NCBI GenBank assembly: GCA_964016885.1
Contig: OZ024740.1
Span: 402,256,001 to 402,320,000, forward strand
Reading direction: 5' to 3'
Length of the DNA: 64,000 nt
From: Eledone cirrhosa
Taxonomy: Eukaryota
The notes beneath the pieces are model-generated. The model saw only the letters and a program-made list of their open reading frames with translations. It was not told where the DNA came from and made no database searches. Position 1 is the stretch's first letter. Every line of letters begins with the position of its first letter. A program made the translations under genes and the position numbers. Below are positions 11,347 to 23,123 of the stretch, piece after piece.

Positions 11347-13782
11347 TTATATATATAAATATAATGTATGTATGTATGCATGTATGTGTGTGTGTATGGG
11401 TGTCTGTGTATGTATGTGTGTGTGACGGTGGTTAAAACATATAAATTTGTCCAAGGGTAGCTTGGCCAATCAATTAAATAACTAACAAAAATCAAGTTTT
11501 AGGTTCAGTATCATTATCTGAAAGCTCACTGGACGATGGCCCACCAAGGATACAGCAAAAAGACTAGTTCCAGCAACATAGCAAAAATAGAAAATGAGAG
11601 TAAATCAAAACATATAATTATCTACTGTGTTCAATTTGAGGCTTAATGGGATTAAATTCTCGAGAAATAGTGAGCATGATACAACTTTTTTATAATCTTA
11701 CTTATTTCCCCGTAGCCGCCAAGAAAAATGTAAAAATGCATGAACATAGCCTAGAATATTTTGTATACGTGGGGAAATATTTATTTTCTTTATTCACAAT
11801 TGTATTTCATATTACTATTTATTGGAATAACGGTGGCTTAAAATATTATCATAATCAAGTAGCAGCACTATTTAATCTGTTCAGATTAAATGTCCCCCCA
11901 CTGTTCTCCTACCTCAAACACAATATTCAACCAGATATGAGTAGTCAGAAGGAAATGAGATTGTATGAATGAACGAATGGATAACAAATAAAAACATACT
12001 ATCTCAAACTTAACATCATTAACAATTCAATAAAGATATTGGAATGAAAATGATTCTTTCGTCAGTTTTCTTCGCCATAATCGATTTATTTCTATTCGAA
12101 ATGCTAACCATTACGATATCTGGAGTTTTATCAATTATATTGACAGCTTTTCGAAATATCTTCCGTCTTACAATTGTCTGTAATATAAAAGTCGAAAGGC
12201 TCGTAACCATTTATTTCACAATTCATTTTTCCGCCCTTTCTCTTCTAGCTTTTCTGTTTACTTTCGCTGAATATTTCTTTCCATTTCTTCGACTATTTGT
12301 GAATACACTCAAATTTCTATTGTGTATGTATGTCTATACAGTCTTTATCTACTAGTTGTCATATGCGAATTATATCACTTGAGAAATAAAGAACTGGAAG
12401 AAACGCTATCATAGCTGATAGCGAAGTCAATTGAAGATTTATCCTATAGAAGAGGTAATGTCTAGGTGGATGGAATGGAGAGGGAAATGAACGCCATTTT
12501 TATAATATATTTGCCGGAAGTCTTTTGCACTCATCACTTTCTTAGCTGTTACTGTTATCTCAGCATAAGTCACCTTTATCACAGCCTGGTATTTATCGCT
12601 TAAACTGACACAATAGTGAATGACACATAACAGCTATTATAGCTCGAAACATTATGTCTTTATTGAACACTTTAATGGCCAAAAGATTTCACTAACGCTC
12701 TCCACTAGAAGTAGGAATATAAATCGATTGATTCGTTTAGCAGCAAATGTTTACCAGCTCTTCTTGTTCGATTAGAAGATTTGTATTTTTACTAAAATGT
12801 TCTTAAACAGGTTCATTTCTCTTGCACCAACTATTTTTTAAAAAAGCATCAATTCTTATAAAAACTATATATAAAAAAAGTAATTTTAGATATACAACAA
12901 CTATTCAAACTAAGTATAATATTTCCTCTTCATATTCTTAACATAGGTTTTTCAACATTTTAAGATATTTACATATCTCTTTCTATACTGGATAAATAGG
13001 CTGTGTAAATAATATTACTCAGGATATATCAATTCAATCTCCTAAATTGAATCGAATAAATATAAGTATACGTATAGAGGGAAAATAAAAGTAATATGTA
13101 TACAGAAATGATAATTATACCGAGACATCTATTGAATATCATCATCGATTTATATTTCTGTGGATATCTGAATGGGAGGCTGCAAATCTCATGATTTTCT
13201 TTAAGATATATAAAGCAAATGTGAGATAGTTTCAAGGAGAATTAGAGACAATGTCACAGACTTGGCTCACTGAATGTTTAACTTTTTATCAACAACCTAC
13301 ACATTTTTAAAACTATGGTATAACGTATTCAGATGCATAAATTATACAAATCATAATCTGTCCGATCTTATTTTATCGATTGTGATTTGTTGTGTGAAAT
13401 AAAGGGATTTAATATATTCATATAAATGAGCTAAACTTAAACGGGATCGACTTTTAAATATGAAATTATATATGACATTTACAGGTAAAACCTGTTAATA
13501 TCTTATATAATTTTCATAGTTAAATTGAGATGTAATTTTCGTCTCTATTTTGGTCGCTATTGTAAGCATTAAACACATAAAAACAGACACACGTTCATAT
13601 ATATCTTCCTCACTTTTCGTTGCATTACCATCTTTGATTGTTTACAGTCTCGCTCGTTCCCCTTATTTACGTGTCCCAACGATTTTCTTTAGCCGTTGCT
13701 CGCACCAACCGGAGGTATATGATCTTTAAAGCGATGAAATACCAATGAAGGTTGGCAGATCACTGATGAAGGACTAAATTTA

Positions 13783-13827
<45 letters not shown>

Positions 13828-13935
13828 AATTAGTATATCTACTAACATATATATACAGATGCATACCTATGCTAGCAAATATATAGGTTTTGCTTAGTAA
13901 CTTTGTGGTTCAATGCAAGGGGATGCAGAACAATA

Positions 13936-14769
13936 ATATGGAAGACGTAAAATAAGAAAATTATAAAAATTAACTTACTTACTAAAATTTCACTCCAACT
14001 AATTAGTTTCTGAAAGGGAATAAACATGGTTTCCGAAGAAACGCACGGAGAAATCCTTTCGTCATCAGGGAAGTCTATTCTCAGCTAAGTTTCCAGGCAA
14101 TGCGTGGACACAGGGAACTTATACAAAAATAATTCAGTGGATGGAAAAAAGCAAAGCTTGGACTAAGTTCCAAGACATTGAAAAAATCACTGCCTACTCG
14201 GTCGGTGGCAAATTCAAAAGAATCAATCGCGTGACATCGAGGTTAATCAGTGAGGAGTGGTTTGTTAAGAAGACAGCAGCCGAATCATTACTATGCACTA
14301 TAGTAGCACTTTTGGCAAATTTTTGCTCAACAAAATAATTGGGAGATAAATTATAAAGAATTAGTATATCTACTAACATATCTACTAACATATATATGCC
14401 AAAACTGCTACTATAGTTCATAGTAATGGTTCGGCTGCTGTCTTCTTAACAAACCACTCCTCACTGATTAACCTCGATGTCACGTGATTGATTCTTTTGA
14501 ATTTGCCACCGACCGAGTGGGCAGTGATTTTTTCAATGTCTTGGAACTTAGTCCGCGCTTTGCTTTTTTCCATCCACTGAATTATTTTTGTATAAGTTCC
14601 CTGTGTCCACGCATTGCCTGGAAACTTAGCTGAGAATAGACTTCCCTGATGACGAAAGGTTTTCTCCGTGCGTTTCTTCGGAAACCATGTTTATTCCCTT
14701 TCAGAAACTAATTAGTGGAGTGAAATGTTAGTAAGTAAGTTAATTTTTATAATTTTCTTACTTTACGTC

Positions 14770-14777
<8 letters not shown>
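13936..14777. repeat. Inverted repeat, ~380-bp arms (13936-14317 and 14397-14777)
   Basis: The arms are reverse complements with scattered mismatches. Part of the spacer (TATAAAGAATTAGTATATCTACTAACATA) is directly repeated at ~13821. Confidence 0.9.
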
Positions 14778-14835
<58 letters not shown>

Positions 14836-15210
14836 TATTTTCCGTTGTGTTGTAATATAAATATTACACACAGTAGATTATCAGCTCACGTAGAGTTTGC
14901 TCGACGGTTCCAGTTGTAGTTCCAGAAGTAATCCGGAGAAAAATAGAAAGATTTGAATGGATACAGTTTAGTTGAAAGGAATTTATTGACACGTGTTTCT
15001 ATAACAGTTACATAACCTAAATATATATATTTATTAAAATAACAGATTAAAATTTAAGCAAAGAATCGCTGCTTTCACCCTTAACGGGATCTTCTGAAAC
15101 TAACAAAGTCAATCTGTAAACGCAGAAGTGAATATTTCAAAAAACGTTGCAACCGGAGGAAGACAGTTGGTGGTAAGTACTGCGCTCCACTTGATATAGG
15201 TTGCCAAAGC

Positions 15211-16974
15211 TGGCAACCTATATCAAGTGGAGCGCAGTACTTACCATCAACTACTAATTAATGCTGTAACTAAGGATTACCGTAAAACTAATCAGTGTGT
15301 CATCAATGAAATCAACGATGCTGGGTTTAAAACCACCTCTGATCTCAACATCCTGGACCGGACCGAACCTCTGGACCCTATTTCTCTCCACTTTACCCTG
15401 AAGGATCACAAATCCAATTTTCCGAACAATCCCTCTATTCGGCTTATTAACCCTACGAAGTCCGATTTAGGTAGATTTAGTAAAAGGATTCTTGAATAGA
15501 ATTATACCTGAAATTAGAAGTTTGGCCCCTCTTGCACTGTGGAACAATTCTTTCGTGGTGATTGATTGGTTCAACGGCATATGCAACAAGGAACATTGCC
15601 GTTTTATCCAATTCTACATCAATAATTACTACTCGTCCATCACTTTACCACTTCTCCTTAGAGCTATCAATTTCGCTAAAACACTCACAGTGGTTAAGGA
15701 TTTCGAAGTTGATGTCATCCTCAATGCCCGTAAGTCGGTGATTAATGTCGACGACTCTATTTGGATTAAAAAAGCCAATAGTACCCCATTCGACGTGAGT
15801 ATAGGCGCCAGCGATTCTGCGGAGGTTACTGATCTTATCGGCCTTTTCCTTGTTTTCTCTATCAAGGTCGAATCCCCCAACATGGGCGGTGGTTTGTACC
15901 GTAATGATGGTCTTTGACCATGATTAAGTGAGGCCCTTGTGCTTGCGACAGGTTCAGAAAAGAACTCACAGCCTTCTTTAAATGCTTCAACCACGCTATA
16001 CAGGTTGAGGCCAACCTCTCGGTCGTTAATTACCTTGACGTTACCCTCAATTTATCAAACGGCTTGTATTACCCGTATAGAAAGCCGAATGATACGCTTA
16101 ATTACATAATCTCGCCAGCATAACCAAGAAATTGGTAAGAAACGTTTCGTTGAGGTTTTCCCGTCCATCTACTAACGCGCATATTTTCAACGACCATTCC
16201 ACATATTACATTAAAGCTCTTGGTCGGAGTGGATTTGTCGATAATGTAGGATATACAGAGTACAAGAATAGACCTAGAAGAAATAGATCCCGACGCATTA
16301 TATGGTATAACCCACCATATAATATGGAGGTTATCACACCATTAGCTAAGATCTTTCTATCCCTTATTACGAAGCATTTTCCCCATACACATAAATATAG
16401 TAACATTTTTAATAGAAATACTTTTCAAATTTCTTACTCTACGACTCCTAACATTGCACATAACATCACAGCTTCAAATTTAGCTAAACTACCTAGCCGT
16501 AGGAACACGTGCAACCCTGTAGTTAGTACTAACTGTAATTGTAGGAATCGGGTTGATTGCCCCCTATCCGGGAAATGCCTCTCTAGTAACATTGTCTACA
16601 AATGTAAGGTTGAAACACCCACGTCCCGTAGGGCCTACATAGGGTTAACCGCCAATAGATTCAAGCAGCGTCTTTACATGCATACCCATTCATTTCGATA
16701 CCCTCTAAGAAGGAATATGACGTCACTTTTAGCTTATATCTGGAGTCTAAAAGACAACCACACCCAATATAGGTTACACTGGGAGATCCTAGCTAGGGCT
16801 AGATCGTATAACGGAAATAAAAGACCATGTGACCTCTGCGCCGCTGAGGCCCTAGAAAAACTCTACGCCACAGACCACATCTTAAACACAAAATCTGACG
16901 CAATTTCGGCTTGTAAACATAAATTGCACAAAACTTTCCTGTATTACAGCCCCACATTATACCCTAACGGATAG
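15211..16974 (+). pseudogene. Frameshifted PLE RT + GIY-YIG ORF
   Basis: ORFs 15227-15499, 15492-15917 and 16132-16974 are consecutive parts of one protein. Confidence 0.88.
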
Positions 16975-17554
16975 TACGATCTATACGCGGATATTTTACG
17001 TCTTGATGTGGTAGCTAAGTATATGTTATGTTTATACCATTACATATTTGCATAGGTAAGTATATATTACCTGTATGTTTTGTGAAGGTACGTATACTTT
17101 CTCGTACGTATATTTGATTGTATATGTTATGGCGTATATTTTATATATTCTGGTACATATGCTTTTGGTTATGTGTATACGTGAGTTTTGCATTTGTGTT
17201 AGTATGCGGGTTCGTACGTATGTAGGGTGTGTGTATATGTGTGCTTCGTGTTTTGGTTAACGTTCGTCGCCGAATATTTGTGTATTTACATGTAGGTATG
17301 TGTGTGCGCTTGTTATATACGTATTTCTTTATTTATATACGTTTATTTAATTATTTGTATACACGCACACACACACACACACATATTTATATGTGCGTGT
17401 ATTTGTATACCTATGGCGAGTGTTTTCGCGTATGCTTGTGTATGTACGTATATGGATGCGTGTATGTATTTATTTAATTTCAATTACCTCTGTATTTTAT
17501 TTACTTTATTCTTAACTCTGAAGCGGAGTATCATTCGGTTTCCTAGTTAGAATC

Positions 17555-17825
17555 TTAGTCTACGACTTTAATTATACCATTTACGTGGTTTTGCCCTTGC
17601 GTGCAATTGTTCTCAACGCTCCACATATGACGTAGTATCTTCGTTTTTTCCGTTCATTGCCAGAGAACGTCTCTATGAACCACCTAAGAGAATATTAGTC
17701 TACGACTTCTTTTATACCATAAACGAGGTTTTGTCTTTGCGTGTAATTGTTTTTCACCGCTCCAAATAATGACGTATTATATTCGTTTTTTCCCGTTTTT
17801 TGCCAGGAAACGTTTCCACGAACCA
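17555..17825 (+). repeat. Two diverged ~140-bp tandem units in the PLE 3' region
   Basis: TTAGTCTACGACTT..ATACCAT..GACGTA..TTCGTTTTTTCC..TGCCAG..GAACCA occurs twice, and also at ~46240-46440. Confidence 0.7.
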
Positions 17826-17903
17826 AAGTATCGTCTTCCTGTCTTCCTCCGGTTGCAACGTTTTTTGAAATATTCACTTCTGCGTTTACAGATTGACTTT
17901 GTT

Positions 17904-17954
17904 AGTTTCAGAAGATCCCGTTAAGGGTGAAAGCAGCAATTCTTTGCTTAAACT
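17904..17954 (+). ncRNA. Hammerhead-fold motif with variant CAGAAGA core
   Basis: AGTTT CAGAAGA TCCC-GTTAA-GGGT GAAA GCAG-7 nt-TTGC TT AAACT. Copies at 15051-15101 (-), 45707-45757 (-) and 46514-46564 (+). Confidence 0.6.
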
Positions 17955-18048
17955 TTAATCTGTTATTTTAATAAATATTTGCTCTACGGTTCTTATATAT
18001 GTGATATATATTTATCCTTATCGAGTCCTCTTTGGATTTAGTCTTCAA

Positions 18049-18105
<57 letters not shown>

Positions 18106-19677
18106 GATTATTACTATATATATATATATATTATTGAGTAAAAGGAATTTCACCAGTCCAGTCGCCTGTCACTTTACTCAATAATAATTAACTCCGTTCT
18201 CGCACCACCAACAAGATTCAACATAAACGAAAATGAGTGAGTTGCATTACGTCGAATGCTTTTCCTAATATTACATCACGGTTGACAATACGGAATGACC
18301 AATTCTATCTAGTGGTGAACCAACAAACCTAAATGTATATCTATATATATAATATGCTATCCGAGTCTTCTTATATACGGTGAAATTATAGATCTACATA
18401 TGGAAAAATACTCTCAAAGATGTAGGTGAGCGCAAGTGTTGCATATGCATACTGGTCCCCTTGCCCACGCCAATTGTGTTGTCTAAGTAAAAGCAAGTGT
18501 AGATACAGGGTAGAACCAGAGTTAATAGTGGGCAATGTGCTCAGAAGACAAACAGACATCACTGATACTGGCATTATAGCAAATCTTCTGGTCTACTGCC
18601 CTGAGCTGGTAATATATTTCTCGACCGCCAATGGATGACAACCAAAATTAACCACTGCAAGTTTTACCCAAGAGCAAATGACTCAGCAAACATTCTACAA
18701 ACTATTCTTTTTATCTGACACTCTCAAATATCTCAGACGTGTCAACTCTCCCTGTCGGACGGGGAGATCTCCCACCCTCATTGGGGTGGGTATAGCTTTC
18801 ATTATGTAAAATCTCCGCATTTTGCCTCATTTCTCCTTTTGGAGGCACTGTTTTTCATGACAATCCCCATTTGGGTTTTCAGTGTTTGGAATGTGTGAAA
18901 TCTGCCAATGCATTAAAAAATGTGTTGGTGAGTATAGTCATTTACATTGCCGTACCTCTGTCTAATATAGTATACACCGCCTTAGCACACTATTAAATGA
19001 CAAAGAAATGCCACAGTGATACTGCGTGTGTTCAAGTGGCTATGCCTAAATCAAAATAGACTAATCATCTTTTAGGTTAATACCTTTGTGCATTTAAAGT
19101 CTTTAATGAAAAGTTTATAAATGTATATTCCCTCACTTTCTCTACGGCTCTTACTCCCTCGATGTCTCACTTTTAATCATTTACCCACCCGTTGGTTCAT
19201 GTATGTTTACAAAACTTTACACAGTTTGCTGAAGATGTTTCAATAGAATGACGTTTTACAATATTCTAAATACTTTATCCGACTAAACCTACACACAAAA
19301 CCTTCACATCAAAGCTTATGTTTCTTTTTCTTTTATCGTCTTTTAAATAAATATTTTTATTTTATTTCTTTTTTCTCAAATAATAGACGTTAATGTTTGC
19401 TTAAAATACGGCTAGTATTCAATTCGCTTGACCACACAATGTGTTTGTCGATCGCTATAATAAACATTCAGATGAAACCCGATCCTTTGGTAACCCGGAA
19501 AATAAAGAAAATAGACAAAAAAGTAAGTTACTTTCAATGGCCTGTTAATTCTGACCGATTTTTCACAATTAGGTACTACTGAAAGAGTCTGATATATGTA
19601 CACACATATATACATGTAAATATATATGTATATATGTACATATATGTGTCTCTGTGTCTATATATATATTTATATAC

Positions 19678-19761
<84 letters not shown>

Positions 19762-19789
19762 CACATACTCACACACACGCACACACGCG

Positions 19790-19821
<32 letters not shown>

Positions 19822-19913
19822 ATATGGCTAAAGCATCGCTTAATTCGTTACACACATTCATTACAGATACGCGCGCGCGCACACACACACACTCACACAC
19901 ATACATATATGTT

Positions 19914-19956
<43 letters not shown>

Positions 19957-20008
19957 ACAGTGGGAGAGACAGAATGATAAAGAGCTTAAACTTGAAATGT
20001 GGTAAATA

Positions 20009-20040
<32 letters not shown>

Positions 20041-20156
20041 CTAAAGTTCAAATCCTGCCGTGGTTAGGTTTACCTTTCATTATTATGGGGTCGATATAAT
20101 AAAGCAACAATAACTGGTTTCGATCTGGCCTTGTTCCTGAATCAGAAACCATTATT

Positions 20157-20355
20157 GTGGATTGGCAGTATCGGTAGAGCGACGGACGCCATGCTTTTCA
20201 GCATAGAGTTACGGGCCTTTGTGATCTGAGTTCAAATCCCGCCCAAGTTAACTTACGGGGTCGATAAAATAAAGTACCAGTCACGCACTGGGGTCGATTT
20301 AATTGACATTCCCCTCCCTCCAAATTACTGGTCGTGTGCCTATACTAGAAATTAT
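20157..20355 (+). mobile_element. tRNA-derived SINE with internal deletion, flanked by SINE fragments (20040-20590)
   Basis: A-box, B-box and long-form tail GGGGTCGATTTAATTGAC. Confidence 0.7.
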
Positions 20356-21153
20356 TATTATTATAATTGCTGGCCTTGTACCTAACGTAGAAACAATTAT
20401 TATTATTGCAGAGTTCAAATCCCGCCAAGGTTAGTTGTGTTATTTATCCTTACGTGATCGATTTAATAAAATAAAGTATCACTAACGCACTGGGATGCAT
20501 AACATGAAGTAGAAGTAACGCATTGGTTCGATTGAATTAACTTCTCACTTCCTTTCAAATTGTTGGACATGCGTCAAAATTAAAATCAATTATTATTCCT
20601 CAAACGCATTGAGTCCTGTTAGGTTGTATATATGGACTAGTCGTTACAATACAAAGGGAGGAAACATAATAGTACCACTGATAATGTTACAGTTGTGTGA
20701 GGAAAGAACTTTGATAAACTATATATATATATGTATATTTCGTTTCTGAATTTGTTTAGCAAGATTCTTTATCTGAAAACGTGTGTTGAAACCGATATTG
20801 TTATACTTTGGGAGGGTCATGTTGCCAATAAGAAACACAAGCACCAGTTATTTCACACCAATTTATTATAAATTAAATTATAAATTTAAAAATTTATAAA
20901 TTTTTTCTGGTTGGTTGGTTGTTCATATATTGTCAAAGTTCTTTCGTCACACATTCTGTGACCTCTATATTTATATCTATATTTTTAACCATTGGTCAAT
21001 CAAGAATAAACATTGATTGCCAGCTACTGGAACCATATGATTCCAGTTCCTCAGAAGAATAACAACACAACCAGGAGCTGGACATATCGATGTATTGACG
21101 GAGTAAAACACACTTCAACAACATGTGTACCTGTCTTTCCCACACCAATTCGG

Positions 21154-21208
21154 ACTGCCTGAAGAGGTCACAGCCAATCATGGCTGTCACCGAAATATAT
21201 ATAGCTGT
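21154..21208 (+). ncRNA. Type I hammerhead ribozyme in a short PLE-type repeat (~20996-21260)
   Basis: ACTGC CTGAAGA GGTCACAGCCA-ATCA-TGGCTGTCACC GAAA TATATAT A GCTGT. Confidence 0.7.
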
Positions 21209-21259
21209 ATATCTATAATTTATAATAAACGAAGCCAAATTTTACATATTTGACTTAAT

Positions 21260-21297
<38 letters not shown>

Positions 21298-21676
21298 CTA
21301 GATGAGGCACTGTTGTTATGACAGTAAATGACAAAATCAGTGTACTGGGAAACAATATGTTTCTTTTTTTAACTTGTGTATTCCAATACGACCTCGCATG
21401 AAAGACAAAACCAGGGAATTTAAAGCAGGAACGTATATAGATTTAAAGATGTAAAACGATGGAATTTAGTCGACATCACCTGCCATTAATCGACACGATT
21501 TTTTGCGGGGGGTTAGATCTCGGTGGTATTGTGAACAAGCTCAGAGCAACGAGAAGGAAACAGCCAGTGTGTGAATGAGTTTGCACACGTGTTAGATTCT
21601 TGATTCATTAACATTCTATTTACTTGTGTCGATAAAACAATTGAAGAACACATAAACACACTCACACACATTTATA

Positions 21677-21708
<32 letters not shown>

Positions 21709-21811
21709 CATATATCTATGCATATATACATTCTAAGATGCTTATATTGTATATGTTTGTGGAGGGGTGAGGGTTGTGTTGTGTATGCGTACGTACTAAA
21801 ATGGCTTCTTA

Positions 21812-22006
21812 TATAGGCACAAGGCCAGCAATTTTGGTGGATGGGGAAAATCGATTAAATAGACACAGTACTTTATTTTATCGACCCCCTAAGGATGGAA
21901 GGCAAACTTAACCTCGGTGGGATTTGAACTGCGATCATAAAGGGCTGTAAATCTATGCTGCAAAGCATGGCACCCGACTCTCTACCAATACTGCCAATCC
22001 ACCACC
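21812..22006 (-). mobile_element. tRNA-derived SINE
   Basis: Diverged full-length copy. Confidence 0.75.
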
Positions 22007-23046
22007 CTCCTATGTACTAAAATAAAATATATTTCAATCGACACATCTAATTTAAACAGTTTTAAACTATGGTATAAAATTTGTTGCCATTCATGTGTGT
22101 TAAATCTCTATTCTAGAGTGTCACGTGTGACGACCCGTTCCCCTGTTCCAACTTTGTCGCTTTGGCCACAAACCCGGTTAGTGCCACTCGTAACGCAAAG
22201 AAGCGGATGATATCAACACGCAGGGACATGACCGAACAATTTCATGTCGAGCTGATAACGTTGGAACCTTGTCCTTCGTCATCCGACTGTTATTTACCTC
22301 TGCAACATCAGAATAAATGCATCCTTGCTGAGGAAGGAATTTGGTGATGTGGAACGGCTGATGCAGCAGACGTTGCTAGCTGTTTCTCCTCGCCACCATG
22401 ACCGTGAGGCGTAGCTGAGATATACAACCTAGCTAGGGATGTGGAGTTTTCTCCTCCCTTCTCTTCCAAATTTTAATTGTTTAATTTTTACTCTTCAACA
22501 CTTTTTCTCTTTTTCTTCCCGTTTATCATTTTTACTACCGTTCTTTTCAAAAAAACCCACTTTCAACTCTATATGATTCTGTCCTACAATAGAATCAAGG
22601 TTTTTGAGAGATTTTACTTATAATCAAGTGTTGACAGGTAAAAACATAGACCAATACAGACGCTTAACTATCTCTTCTTAAACCTATAAAGATTATAAAA
22701 GGTTGTTTTATTGCTAGTGTTGACGTATGGTGTTAATATCAACACATGCTTAAACTGCTAGAGTGGAAACACGCTGATTATTTTAAAATCTTTATCGAGC
22801 ATTCTTTGTCGCGGTGAAGCCTCCCACTAGCACAAACTCATTGGCGGCAAACTTATACGCAGTGCTTTTTTTATGTATGTAGTTTATTCCTTTCATGCTA
22901 TTGTCGGCACTCGGTGGGCGGAGAAAGGCTAATTTGTCGAGCCAGCTTGCTACACAGAATCGATTAACACTGATTTTTAAAAAATGTATGTTGTTCTATT
23001 CACTGCTTCGCTACCACTAAACTGGCCAAACACTTCCTTTTATATC

Positions 23047-23123
<77 letters not shown>

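Larger units (their letters stand above)
15026..18120 (+). mobile_element. 5'-truncated Penelope-like element, Naiad-like, with an inverted pLTR copy at its 5' end
   Basis: RT remnants LKDHK..RLINPTKSDLG and GLYRNDGL. CNCR..CPLSGKC linker. GIY-YIG IVYKC..YIGLTANRFKQR and C-terminal CDLC. 15026-15166 is the reverse complement of ~17840-17978. Clade assignment is from recalled motifs. Confidence 0.85.

Noticed and set aside
12019-12330. Lys/Arg-rich reading on the minus strand
   Set aside because: It has internal stops and no recognisable family, so an exon cannot be supported.
13745-13785. CTGATGA motif shared with ~27500-27547
   Set aside because: Neither copy has a GAAA or stem III after it, so it is not a complete hammerhead.
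15915-15935. In-frame TGA in the Naiad-like PLE as possible selenocysteine
   Set aside because: It lies beside a frameshift and not at a Cys motif. The Cys motifs in the endonuclease ORF use normal codons, and I could not identify a SECIS.
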